From positions 4,026,502 to 4,090,501 of the forward strand of contig CM119269.1 of NCBI GenBank assembly GCA_051294375.1: a DNA stretch of 64,000 bases. The letters run 5' to 3'. Positions 24,557 to 38,463 of the stretch are shown one piece after another. Each line of letters opens with the position of its first letter. Position 1 is the first letter of the stretch. The stretch comes from Paraspadella gotoi (taxonomy: Eukaryota; Animalia; Chaetognatha). Below the pieces are notes generated by a model. That model worked only from the letters and a program-made list of their open reading frames with translations, was not told where the DNA came from and did no database searches. The translations under genes were made by a program, and so were the position numbers.

Positions 24557-25710
24557 TAGGGTTACAAAACCGTTAACATGTTAACGGTTATTAACGGTTA
24601 AACAATAATTTTAACCTAACCGTTAATATATTTATTTTAACGGTAAATTCGGTTAATTTTTAAATATGATTTTTTTATTTTTGGTATAAAATCTTTGATT
24701 TTTTAAAAGAAAAGTAATTTTTTCTTGTCCTCTCCTTTTCTCACCAATATTTTTCCCCTCTCTCTCTTCCATTTTTTTCTTATTTTTTTTCCTTTGTTAT
24801 TTTCAACCCTTTTAATCTTTTTTCTATACTAATCTCCTTCTGTACCTATCTCTTTCTTTCTCTCTTTTCCCCTCCTTCTTTTCTCCCTTTCTTTTCTCTC
24901 CTTTTTTTCTCCCTTTTCTTTTACCTTTTATTTTTTTTTCTTCCCCTTCCAGTGTTTTTTCTTTTTCTTACTTATTTCTCCCAATTTTTTTTCGTTTTTT
25001 CCTTTCAATTAATTTTATGCATTTACATCAAAGAATATAATGAAATATAATATATATGCACATGCAAATAGTTGCATACATTTTCTTGCAAATTAAATTC
25101 TTATATATAAAATATGCAAACATTTTATTTTATATATCACTATTCTTTAGCTAATGATTTTATTATCAAAGAATGTACAATAAAATCTAAACATCTTCAA
25201 AACATAAAAGAAGAAGTTCAAATAAAATAAAACAGAAATAGCTTCAATAATAAAAAATTATTAAAAAACCAAATAAAAATAAATGTAATAAAAATTAATA
25301 ACAGAAGGAACTAATCTTAAAATGGACATTAAGGCTATCCTTCATCATGATATATTTTTTAATAAAACTGAAAAAAATATTTAATAATCAATAATCTTGG
25401 ATCAATCGATCAATCAAACTTTCAATCAAAAAAATATTATTCATAATTTATATTTTCATGGTTATGGCTTATGAAAAAATAAAACAGAAAAACAAGCGTT
25501 TAAGAAACTAACAACTAGAAAAATAAGCATTGCTGATGAAGACTCTAATTGTAGAGTCGAACATGTCCGAAACAAAACAAATAAATTGTTTTCCTCTCTA
25601 AAAGTTATATTATAGAAATTAACGCGATTTTTAACGGTTAACCGTTAAAAATATTAGTTTTAACGGTTAAAGCGAAATTTCTTCAAAAATTAACGGTTAT
25701 CGGAACCCTA
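24557..25710. mobile_element. Non-autonomous hAT-like DNA transposon (~1.15 kb)
   Basis: Ends TAGGGTTACAAAACCGTTAA and TTAACGGTTATCGGAACCCTA (imperfect TIR); clustered subterminal TAACCG/TAACGG motifs; left flank CTTTTTAT, right flank CTTTTATG here but CTTTTTAT in the inverted copy at ~36101-36108 (8-bp TSD). Confidence 0.8.
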
Positions 25711-25764
25711 CTTTTATGAGATGAGCGACATTTAACAATTTCGTAATTATTATCACTGAACTAC

Positions 25765-25830
25765 GAATGATCAGTTCGCTGGTGGCGGACGATCTTCCCA
25801 CTGGATCGTCGAACGTGACCGGAATCGTTA
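25765..25830 (-). CDS. Possible 66-bp exon (TIPVTFDDPVGRSSATSELII), gene unknown
   Basis: Polypyrimidine TTTTAG| acceptor and |GTAAGT donor (clearest in copy 35987-36052 +), GC-rich island; frame ambiguous. Confidence 0.35.
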
Positions 25831-26398
25831 CTAAAACGAAAGAAGAAAAAGAGAAAGAAATTTGAAACTATCCAAAAGTAAAAACTTATTATTGATTATG
25901 ATGTGGTTGGTAAAGTTTCTAAAAGTGAATATAATGTGTGAACGAAATGTTAAATACTTGCCAGATGACGTCCCATAGGCGACAAGGATTCGCCCGCCAG
26001 AAAAAAAGGATGTGCAGGGCACAATTTGATTTAGAAAATAACTCGTTTCCCTGTTTAAAATATATTTTTGACTTATAACTAACTAAAAAAGAATGTTGAA
26101 AAAGGACGTTTATAAAAATAACAAAAGAAACTATGATAAGAAAAGAGATATTTTTGGATTTATCCAGGATTCACGTAGTACGAAGATTGATAAGGATTGA
26201 CATCACAACTTAATGGTTATAGTTCTAACTATTCCTCTATAAATTACAACTAAAAAAATCATTTTCCGAACATATATTGTCAAAAAGACTAGCTAATAGT
26301 ATAAATCAATATAACTCACTATTTGGGAGTAAATCAGTCAAATGATTAGGGATAGAAAAAAAAAATCTTAGCCTCTCTCTAAATCCTTAGATAGGGAA

Positions 26399-26482
<84 letters not shown>

Positions 26483-29400
26483 GAGATAGAAAGAGAGAGA
26501 GAGAGAGAGAGGAAAGGTGGGGAGGGTGTTAGTAATCAATTGATTCATCGCGAGAAAAAGAAATAAAATCCCGGTTGGCGTCCGCGGCCGTTTCCTGCAA
26601 CGGGTTGACGAAATACGGGGAGGAGGAGGAGAAAGGAAGGAGAATCAGGGAGAAGGGGGAAGAGGAGGAAGGTCGAGAAGGTAAGAAAGGGAGAGGGGGG
26701 AAAAGAGAGAGAGAGAGAGAGAGTCAGAGATGTAAACACAAGTTTGTCGGCGTCGCCGTAACATGGGGGACGGAGGGATCGAGAGTCGCCACACGGCGAT
26801 AAAATTAGAAATTCTAGAATCTGAAATTCTGGAAGAAGAAGAGAAGAAATTAAAGAAAATAACAAGATTCGTCTTCTCCATTTTCGGGCGACGATGAAAC
26901 AGAAAAGGAATCCTGTTTTGAATAAAAATTGTCCGAAATATTCATCGCTTCCGACATTTTTTTTAATTCCGCTGCGTCGATGGGATGAATTTTATTCTGT
27001 TTTTATTTGGCTTCTTGAAAATCAATCTTCTCTTAAAAAAGTGTATTGTATTAAACTATTTTCATTAATAAATCTCTTGAGTTATAAAGATTTAATTACG
27101 TTTAGTCTCTCTTGGTATCAAATATTCAACGGCAAAATTTTCATTTAATGAATTTATCTAAAACTTTCAAGCAATAATAAAAACGGATACTAACACTAAA
27201 CTAAAAAAAAAGAACATCCGCAACAACCGTTTTGCGTTCCCGATTGTTTTGAAATTATTTGAAAACTAAAAAAACTAACATAATCGATATATACAAAACC
27301 CCAGAGAAGAAAACGAAGTTAAAATGGTCTCGATTCGTCATCGTACCCACCGTTGCGTTGGAAAAAAGAAAGAAAAAATCGATGGTCCGGAATAAGAAGA
27401 AAAAACCCAGTTCTCCTCTTTTAGTTTTTTTTCCGAATCGGACATAAATTCTCCACTGCGTGGAAATAATTCAATCCTTACGACGGAGAAAAGAGCCACG
27501 ATTCCGTGTCACGTGATCGACTGCGGTTGGTTAGAGGTCGAGTGTGGCTCTGCGGGATGGAAATTCTAATGAGTGATGAATATTTTCTGGACATTTGAGA
27601 AAAAAAAAATCTGATTTAGGATCAGAACGAGGAATCTGGGGCGACCGCCTGATTTCCCTCGCGGGGGAGAAAACCGTAACGATCGTGCGTGGCCATTCCG
27701 GACGTCTCTCGCTAAATAATAACAATGTTTAATGTTAAAGTAACCGCGCCAATAGGGGGAGACGCCAGACGCCAATTAAGCATCAGAAGCGATACGGTAA
27801 AGGTCTTAAATATATGGTTTGTCTAATATCATATATTTAATAAGTTCGTCTGATCGTATCCGTTGGGTTTCTTTTAATCAAAGGTTTTAACCTGAAATGA
27901 CAAAATAATTGTTACGGTTGTGGCGGTATATTCAGTTATTCACATTGCCTGGCAAAGCCGGACCGTCCTTGGGTAACAGCGCTAGTGACAGGAGCGTCAC
28001 TGGAGGTCCGGTAGCTCCTAAAGCAACAGTGAGTTTCCCCATCCAAATGGGCATCACAGGCAACCGGGCCGTGGCCAATAACGCATGATTTTACTGAATA
28101 AACTCTGGGCTTGCTTATTTATCATAAGCAAAAATAAACATTCCCTAAGTTTAGGATTAGATTGCAGCTTCAGCTGTTTAAGCGCCCAAGAGCTTCGGGT
28201 CTGAGCGAAGGACCCTCCCTCAGCGCCTCCGTCGCTAATGACCGCTGTGTGAACGGTTGGTTCGATTTTATTCACCATGGGTTGATTTGATTACCAATTT
28301 AAATGTTTACCGAAGTTTACAATATTAAAGTACGCTCATCGCAGCTATCGATGAAACAAAATGTGAAAGGAAAAGGTTTGTTTTATACTTTATAAGTTAC
28401 TATGTTAACAATGAATATTGATCGATCTTGTAAAATGAAGACTACGAATTGCAATCGGTTTTGTTGTTCTGGTTCGTTTAATACTTAGAGTCTACGTCGT
28501 TCCTTAGAAATCGAGGAAGACTTTTTCAATGGAGATTTTCGTTAAAAATCTGACTACCAAATAATGTCAACGCCCCTGGGAAAAATTCAGGTAAAAAATA
28601 GATGTAAAAACAGTCGATTCCGATCCTGTTTACGTCTGAACGGGCTCGCATTTTTTTCTCTTGACAATAACTCATCTTTGACATCGAACCATTCGATTTC
28701 AAATGTACTGGTCCGCTCGGGAAATATTTTTTGACGCAATTTTTATACATAAAATACAAGGGATTCTCAACTTCAATACAATGTCAACTGCATTTAAGGT
28801 ATGTTGTCATTTTACATAAACTTCGATTCAGGAATCCGATAGCAATATGTCTGGAGGCTCTCAAAATTTTTGCTTTACATTCATTTGGTTATTTTAATAT
28901 AATACGATAATGTTAAAGTGAATTAGTCTATTTTGGTGAAATTTTTAATTTAAAGTAAAAGTAAAAGAGGAGCTAACGATCGGAATTCTAAGAGTTTTCA
29001 ACCGGGAAGTCAGATTCGGAAAATCTTATATGGCGAAAATCTTCCAAAGAAGGTGGTGGATTTTCGTGTAAGATGTTGGTTAGTATAGTTTCTCTAATAG
29101 TTATAGGTCGGATTTTTTTGAAACTTAAAACATACAGCAATATTGCCAATCATTCTACATTGGCCGGTGCAATGTAGATATATGATAAAAAATGCTCTGA
29201 CTTTTTTCGCAAAGAGCTTAGTCCTATAATACTCCTCAGCTGCGCCAAATCTCGATAAAAATCCCGCTAAAACTCAGAAAAAATTGCGGGCAGTCGTCAT
29301 TGACGATCAATCCTGCAATTTTTTTAATCCTACATCTGCAATTAATTTCTTTTTTTTTCTCGGCGTTAAATTGAAACAATGCTACATGTAACAGGAAGCC

Positions 29401-30119
29401 CATTGGCTGCCATATGGCTTTTTCGTCGGAACTATGATTGGTCGATCTTCGTTTCTGGTTTGGTCGACCCTGACACTCGAGGAACATTGCCTGACCCTCC
29501 TATCTGGCGGCAAAAGAGAAACGTGGGCTTACCACCCCCCCCCTCTCCGATTCGCCAGGAGAATTCAAAAGCATAAAAAGAAAAAAAAGAAAAAGTTTTA
29601 ATTTCCAAAGAATCGATGGCATTTTTTAGGAGAGGGGATGTTGAAATTTTACTTGTTTATTTTAGATTTTTTGTTCCTTGTGTTAAAAAGTCAAGAATAC
29701 AAAAGGAAATTCCGATCGTGCGTAACGATAATTGCAATATCATTTGCAATTCGCATCCGCATCGTAATGTCATTCGTTTAATTTACGCTTTCGTGTTAAG
29801 AATCGCTGTGCTATTTTCCTCTTAAACCCACTGTGTTATTTCGAGAAATGTCCAGGATGGAAAAAATTCAATTTCGGNNNNNNNNNNNNNNNNNNNNNNN
29901 NNTAAAAAGGGAACCAAGTAATTTCGCTATCTTCATATATAAATATTTTGAATTTTTAAAAGCAACTGCTATAAATTTTTAAATAATGCAGTTATGGCAA
30001 CGCGGAGAAATGTGTGATGCCCGGAGTTTGAGACATCTCCCGACAGCTTTTAAAGACGTAGTTTTCTTAACCGATTTTTAAGGCGATTTGTTCACTAACG
30101 CTTTTGTAACTCTCTCTCT

Positions 30120-31301
30120 TAGGGTTACATAAACCGTTAACATGTTAACGGTTATTAACGGTTAAAAATAATTTTAACCTAACCGTTAATATATTTATTT
30201 TAACGGTAAATTCGGTTAATTTTTAAATATGATTTTTTTATTTTTGGTATAAAATCTTTGATTTTTTAAAAGAAAAGTAATTTTTTCTTGTCCTCTCCTT
30301 TTCTCACCAATATTTTTCCCCTCTCTCTCTTCCATTTTTTTCTTATTTTTTTTCCTTTGTTATTTTCAACCCTTTTAATCTTTTTTCTATACTAATCTCC
30401 TTCTGTACCTATCTCTTTCTTTCTCTCTTTTCCCCTCCTTCTTTTCTCCCTTTCTTTTCTCTCCTTTTTTTCTCCCTTTTCTTTTACCTTTTATTTTTTT
30501 TTCTTCCCCTTCCAGTGTTTTTTCTTTTTCTTACTTATTTCTCCCAATTTTTTTTCGTTTTTTCCTTTCAATTAATTTTATGCATTTACATCAAAGAATA
30601 TAATGAAATATAATATATATGCACATGCAAATAGTTGCATACATTTTCTTGCAAATTAAATTCTTATATATAAAATATGCAAACATTTTATTTTATATAT
30701 CACTATTCTTTAGCTAATGATTTTATTATCAAAGAATGTACAATAAAATCTAAACATCTTCAAAACATAAAAGAAGAAGTTCAAATAAAAAAATAAATCC
30801 ATTTGCTATTTTACATCAAACAGACAAATATACAAATAATGAAAAAATTATTAAAAAACCAAATAAAAATAAATGTAATAAAAATTAATAACAGAAGGAA
30901 CTAATCTTAAAATGGACATTAAGGCTATCCTTCAATCATGATATATTTTTTAATAAAACTGAAAAAAATATTTTAATAATCAATAAATCTTTGGATCAAT
31001 CGATCAATCAAACTTTCAATCAAAAAAATATTATTCATAATTTATATTTATGGTTATGGCTTATGAAAAAATAAAACAGAAAACAAGCGTTTAAGAAACT
31101 AACAACTAGAAAAATAAGCATTGCTGATGAAGACTCTAATTGTAGAGTCGAACATGTCCGAAAACAAAACAAATAAATTGTTTTCCTCTCTAAAAGTTAT
31201 ATTATAGAAATTAACGCGATTTTTAACGGTTAACCGTTAAAAATATTTAGTTTTAACGGTTAAGCGAAATTTCTCAAAAATTAACGGTTATCGGAACCCT
31301 A
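30120..31301. mobile_element. hAT-like element as represented in block copy 2
   Basis: Same TIRs and same right flank as 24557-25710, so the same insertion represented twice. Confidence 0.75.
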
Positions 31302-31990
31302 CTTTTATGAGATGAGCGACATTTAACTAATTTCGTAATTATTATCACTGAACTTACGAATGATCAGTTCGCTGGTGGCGGACGATCTTCCCACTGGATC
31401 GTCGAACGTGACCGGAATCGTTACTAAAACGAAAGAAGAAAAAGAGAAAGAAATTTGAAACTATCCAAAAGTAAAAACTTATTATTGATTAAATGATGTG
31501 GTTGTAAAGTTTCTAAAGTGAATATAATGTGTGAACGAAATGTTAAATACTTGCCAGATGACGTCCCATAGGCGACAAGGATTCGCCCGCCAGAAAAAAA
31601 GGATGTGCAGGCACAATTTGATTTAGAAAATAACTCGTTTCCCTGTTTAAAATATATTTTTGACTTATAACTAACTAAAAAAGAATGTTGAAAAAGGCAC
31701 GTTTATAAAAATAACAAAAGAAACTATGATAAGAAAAGAGATATTTTTGGATTTATCCAGGATTCACGTAGTACGAGATTGATAAGGATTGACATCACAA
31801 CTTAATGGTTATAGTTCCTAACTATTCCTCTATAAATTACAACTAAAAAAATTCATTTTCCGAACATATATTGTCAAAAAGATAGCTAATAGTATAAATC
31901 AATATAACTCACTATTTGGGAGTAAATCAGTCAATGATTAGGGATAGAAAAAAAAAATCTTAGCCTCTCTCTAAATCCTTAGATAGGGAA

Positions 31991-32074
<84 letters not shown>

Positions 32075-35000
32075 GAGATAGAAAGAGAGAGAGAGAGAGA
32101 GAGAGATGGGGAGGGTGTTAGTAATCAATTGATTCATCGCGAGAAAAAGAAATAAAATCCCGGTTGGCGTCCGCGGCCGTTTCCTGGCAACGGGTTGACG
32201 AAATACGGGGAGGAGGAGGAGAAAGGAAGGAGAATCAGGGAGAAGGGGGAAGAGGAGGAAGGTCGAGAAGGTAAGAAAGGGAGAGGGGGGAAAAGAGAGA
32301 GAGAGAGAGAGAGTCAGAGATGTAAACACAGTTTGTCGGCGTCGCCGTAACCATGGGGGACGGAGGGATCGAGAGTCGCCACACGCGATAAAATTAGAAA
32401 TTCTAGAATCTGAAATTCTGGAAGAAGAAGAGAAGAAATTAAAGAAAATAACAAGATTCGTCTTCTCCCATTTTCGGGCGACGATGAAACAGAAAAGGAA
32501 TCCTGTTTTGAATAAAAATTGTCCGAAATATTCATCGCTTCCGACATTTTTTTTAATTCCGCTGCGTCGATGGGATGAATTTTATTCTGTTTTTATTTTG
32601 GCTTCTTGAAAATCAATCTTCTCTTAAAAAAGTGTATTGTATTAAACTATTTTCATTAATAAATCTCTTGAGTTATAAAGATTTAATTACGTTTAGTCTC
32701 TCTTGTATCAAATATTCAACGGCAAAATTTTCATTTAATGAATTTATCTAAAACTTTCAAGCAATAATAAAAACGGATACTAAACACTAAACTAAAAAAA
32801 AAGAACATCCGCAAAACCGTTTTGCGTTCCCGATTGTTTTGAAATATATTTGAAAACTAAAAAACTAAACATAATCGATATATACAAAACCCAGAGAAGA
32901 AAACGAAGTAAAATGGTCTCGATTCGTCATCGTACCCGACCGTTGCGTTGGAAAAAAGAAAGAAAAATCGATGGTCCGGGAATAAGAAGAAAAAAAACCC
33001 AGTTCTCCTCTTTTAGTTTTTTTTCCGAATCGGACATAAATTCTCACTGCGTGGAAATATTTCAATCCTTACGACGGAGAAAAAGAGCCACGATTCCGTG
33101 TCACGTGATCGACTGCGGTTGGTTAGAGTCGAGTGTGGCTCTGCGGGATGGAAATTCTAATGAGTGATGAATATTTTCTGGACATTTGAGAAAAAAAAAT
33201 CTGATTTAGGATCAGAACGAGGAATCTGGGGCGACCGCCTGATTTCCCTGCGCGGGGGAGAAAACCGTAACGATCGTGCGTGGCCATTCCGGACGTCTCT
33301 CGCTAAATAATAACAATGTTAATGTTAAAGTAACCGCGCCAATAGGGGGAGACGCCAACGCCAATTAAGCATCAGAAGCGATATCGGTAAAGGTCTTAAA
33401 TATATGGTTTGTCTAATATCAATATTTAATAAGTTCGTCTGATCGTATCCGTTGGTTTCTTTTAATCAAAGGTTTTAACCTGAAATGACAAAATAATTGT
33501 TACGTTGTGGCGGTATATTCAGTTATTCACATTGCCTGGCAAAGCCGGACCGTCCTTGGGTAACAGCGCTAGTGACAGGAAGCGTCACTGAGGTCCGGTA
33601 GCTCCTAAAGCCAACAGTGAGTTTCCCCATCCAAATGGGCATCACAGGCAACCGGGCCGTGGCCAATAACGCATGATTTTACTGAATAAACTCTGGGCTT
33701 GCTTATTTATCATAAGCAAAAATAAACATTCCCTAAGTTTAGGATTAGATTGCAGCTTCATGCTGTTTAAGCGCCCAAGAGCTTCGGGTTCTGAGGCGAA
33801 GGACCTCCCTCAGCGCCTCCGTCGCTAATGACCGCTGTGTGAACGGTTGGTTCGATTTTATTCACCATGGGTTGATTTGATTACCAATTTAAATGTTTAC
33901 CGAAGTTTACAATGATTAAAGTACGCTCATGCAGTTCGATGAAACAAAATGTGAAAGGAAAGGTTTTGTTTTTATTTAAGTCTACATCCATTTATACAAT
34001 GAATATTGATCGATCTAGTAAAATGAAGACTACGAATTGCAATCGGTTTTGTTGTTCTGGTTCGTTTTAATACTTAGGAGATCTACGTCGTTTCTTAGAA
34101 ATCGAGGAAGACTTTTTCAATGGAGATTTCGTTAAAAATCTGACTACCAAATAATGTCAACGCCCCTGGGAAAAATTCAGGTAAAAAATAGATGTAAAAA
34201 CAGTCGATTCCGATCCTGTTGACGTCTGAACGGGCTCGCATTTTTTTCTCTTGACAATAACTCATCTTTGACATCGAACCATTCGATTTCAAATGTACTG
34301 GTCCGCTCGGGAAATATTTTTTGACGCAATTTTTATACATAAAATATAAGGGATTCTCAACTTCAATACAATGTCAACTGCATTTAAGGTATGTTGTCAT
34401 TTTACATAAACTTCGATTCAGGAATCCGATAGCAATATGTCTGGAGGCTCTCAAAATTTTTGCTTTACATTCATTTGGTTATTTTAATATAATACGATAA
34501 TGTTAAAGTGAATTAGTCTATTTTGGTGAAATTTTTAATTTAAAGTAAAAGTAAATGAGGAGCTAACGATCGGAATTCTAAGAGTTTTCCAACCGGGAAG
34601 TCAGATTCGGAAAAATCTTATATGGCGAAATCTTCCAAAGAAGGTGGTGGATGTTTCGTAAGATGTTGGTTAATAGTTTGTCTAATGTTATGGGTCGGAT
34701 TTTTTGAAACTTAAAAATAAGGCAATATGCCATCATTTCTCAATGGGCCGGTAGCAATGGAAATATGATAAAAAAAGCCTCTGACTTTTTTCGTCAGAGC
34801 TTAGTCCTTAATACTGCCCGACTGCGCCAATCTCGATAAAAATCCCGCTAAAACATCAAAAGAAATTGCGGGCAGTCGTCATGACGATCAATATCCTGCA
34901 ATTTTTTCCTAATCCTTACATCTGCAATGATTTCTTTTTTTCTCAGCGTTAAATGAAAACAATGCCCTACATGTAAAGGAAGCCCATTGGCTGCCAAGGC

Positions 35001-35455
35001 TTTTTCGTCGGAACTTGATCTGGTCGATTTCGTTTCTGGTTGGTCGACCCTGGACACTCGAGGAACATTGCCTGACCCTCCTATCTGGCGGCAAAAAGAA
35101 ACGTGGGGCTTACACCCCCCCCCTCTCCCGATTCGCACAGGAGATTCAGATGAAAATAAAAAGAAAAGAGAAAGAAAAAGTTTTAATTTCCAAAGAATCG
35201 ATGGTCATTTTTTTAGAAGGGAGTGTTGAAATTTTACATTGTTTATATTTAATTTTTTGTTCCTTTTTAAAAAGTAAGAATACAAAGGAAATTCCGATCG
35301 ATCGTAACGATAATTGCAATATCATTTGCAATTCCGCATGCCGTCATCGTAATGTCATTCGTTTATTAGTTTCGTGTTAAAATCGCTGTGCTATTTTCCT
35401 CTTTAAACCCACTGTGTTATTTCGAATGTCCAGGATGGAAAAAAATTAATTTCGG
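30120..35455 (+). repeat. ~5.3 kb block, copy 2
   Basis: Colinear with 24557-29877, differing mainly by scattered indels. Confidence 0.95.
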
Positions 35456-35480
35456 NNNNNNNNNNNNNNNNNNNNNNNNN

Positions 35481-36408
35481 TTACTCCCAAATAGTGAGTT
35501 ATATTGATTTATACTATTAGCTATCTTTTTGACAATATATGTTCGGAAAATGATTTTTTTAGTTGTAATTTATAGAGGAATAGTTAGGAACTATAACCAT
35601 TAAGTTGTGATGTCAATCCTTATCAATCTTCGTACTACGTGAATCCTGGGCATAAATCCAAAAATATCTCTTTTCTTATCATAGTTTCTTTTGTTATTTT
35701 TATAAACGTCCTTTTTCAACATTCTTTTTTAGTTAGTTATAAGTCAAAAATATATTTTCAAACAGGGAAACGAGTTATTTTCTAAATCAAATATGTGCCT
35801 GCACATCCTTTTTTTTCTGGCGGGCGAAATCCTTGTCGCCTATGGGACGTCATCTGGCAAGTATTTAACATTTCGTTCACACATTATATTCACTTTAGAA
35901 ACTTTACATACCACATCATTAATCAATAATAAGTTTTTACTTTTGGATAGTTCAAATTTCTTTCTCTTTTTCTTCTTTCGTTTTAGTAACGATTCCGGTC
36001 ACGTTCGACGATCCAGTGGGAAGATCGTCCGCCACCAGCGAACTGATCATTCGTAAGTTCAGTGATAATAATTACGAAATTGTTAAATGTCGCTCATCTC
36101 ATAAAAAGTAGGGTTCCGATAACCGTTAATTTTTGAGAAATTCTTCTCTCTTCTCCCCCCTCTCCCTTTCTTACCTTCTCGACCTCCTCCTCTTCCCCCT
36201 TCTCGCTGATTCTCCCTTCCTTTCTTCCTCCTCCTCCCGTATTTCGTCAACCCGTTGCCAGGAAACGGCGCGCGACGCCAACCGGGAATTTTATTTCTTT
36301 TTCTCGCGATGAATCAATTGAATGTACTATACACCCTCCCCACATTCTCTCTCTCTCTTCTCTCTTCTCTCTATCTATCTCTCTTTCTCTTCTCTTTCTC
36401 TCTCTCTC

Positions 36409-36448
<40 letters not shown>

Positions 36449-38429
36449 GTCTCTCTTCTCTCTCTGCTCTCTCTCTCTTTCCCTATACTGAAGGGACTTT
36501 TAGAGCAAGCCAGGCCTTAAAGATTTTTTTCTTTCGTTATCCCTACATCATTGACCCTTGATTCGATTTCTAAGAACGACGTAGACTCCTAAGTATTAAA
36601 CGAAACCAGAACAACAAAACCGATTGCAATTCGTAGTCTTCATTTTACTAGATCGATCAATATTCATTGTAAATTATACAATGAGTGAGACGTAAATGTA
36701 TAAAGTATAAAAACAAAACCTTTCCTTTCACATTTTGTTTCATCGAATACATGAGCGTACTTTAATCATTGTAAACTTCGGTAAACATTTAAATTGGGTA
36801 ATCAATCAACCCATGGTGAATAAAAATCGACCAACCGTTCACAGCGGTCATTAGCGACGGAGGCGCTGAGGGAGGTCCTTCACCTCAGAACCCGAAGCTC
36901 TTGGGGCGCTTAAACAGCATGAAGCTGCAATCTAATCCTAAACTTAGGGAATGTTTATTTTTGCTTATGATAAATAAGCAAGCCCAGAGTTTATTCAGTA
37001 AATCATGCGTTATGGCCACGGCCGGTTTGCCTGTGATGCCCATTTGGATGGGGAAACTCACTGTTGGCTTTAGGAGCTACCGACCCTCAGTGACGCTTCC
37101 TGTCACTAGCGCTGTTACCCAAGGACGGTCCGGCTTTGCCAGGCAATGTGAATAACTGAATATACCGCCACAACGTAACAATTATTTTGTCATTTCAGGT
37201 TAAAACCTTTGATTCAAAGAAACCAACGGATACGATCAGACGAACTTATTAATTATATGATATTAGACAAACCATATATTTAAGACCTTGACTGAGATCG
37301 CTTGTGACGCTTAATTGGCGTTGGCGCCTGCCCCTATTGGCACGGTTATTTTAACATTAACATTGTTATTATTTAGCTAGAAACGTCCGGAATGGCCACG
37401 CACGATCGTTACGGTTTTCTTCCCCCCGCGAGGGAAATCAGGCGGTCGCCCCAGATTCCTCGTTCTGATCCTAAATCAGATTTTTTTTTTCTCAAAATGT
37501 CCAGAAAATATTCATCATCCATTAGAATTTCCATCCCGCAGAGCCACACTCGACTCTAACCAAACCGCAGTCGATCACGTGACACGGAATCGTGGCTCTT
37601 TTCTCCGTCGTAAGGATTGAATTATTTCCACGCAGTGAGAATTTATGTCCGATTCGGAAAAAAACTAAAAGAGGGAGAACTGGGTTTTTTTTTCTTCTTA
37701 TTCCCGGGACCATCGATTTTTTCTTTCTTTTTCCAACGCAACGGTCGGCGTACGATGACGAATCGAGACCATTTGACTTCGTTTTCTTCTCTGGGTTTTG
37801 TATATATCGATTATGTTTAGTTTTTTAGTTTTCAAATAATTTTCAAACAATCGGAACGCAAAACGGTTTTGCGGATGTTCTATTTTTTTTAGTTTAGTGT
37901 TAGTATCCGTTTTTATTATTGCTTGGAAGTTTTTAGATAAATTCATGAAATGAAAATTTTGCCGTTGAATATTTGAAAATAATTGAAAATAGTTTAATAC
38001 AATACGCTTTTTTAAGAGAAGATTGATTTTCAAGAAGCCAAAATAAAAACAGATAAAATTCATCCCATCGACGCAGCGGAATTAAAAAAAAATGTCGGAA
38101 GCGATGAATATTTCGGACAATTTTTATTCAAAACAGGATATCCTTTTCTGTTTCATCGTCGCCCGAAAATGGAGAAGACGAATCTTGTTATTTTCTTTAA
38201 TTTCTTCTCTTCTTCTTCCAGAATTTCAGATTCTAGAATTTCTAATTTTATCGCGTGTGGCGACTCTCGACCCACTCCGTCCCCCCATGGTTACGGCGAC
38301 GCCGACAAACTTGTTTACATCTCTGACTCTCTCTCTCTCTCTCTTATTTCGAAGGACCGCTGTCAAATCAAAATTAAACCTGGTCATAAACATCAATTAG
38401 AAAAGAAAAGAGAAAGAGAGAAGAGAGAC

Positions 38430-38463
<34 letters not shown>

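Larger units (their letters stand above)
24557..29877 (+). repeat. ~5.3 kb block, copy 1
   Basis: Near-identical to 30120-35455; both end at the same base (...AATTTCGG) before a 25-N gap. Confidence 0.95.

Noticed and set aside
28529-28564. MEIFVKNLTTK resembling ubiquitin N-terminus
   Set aside because: Stops after 11 codons, frame not kept in the other two copies, no further ubiquitin sequence.
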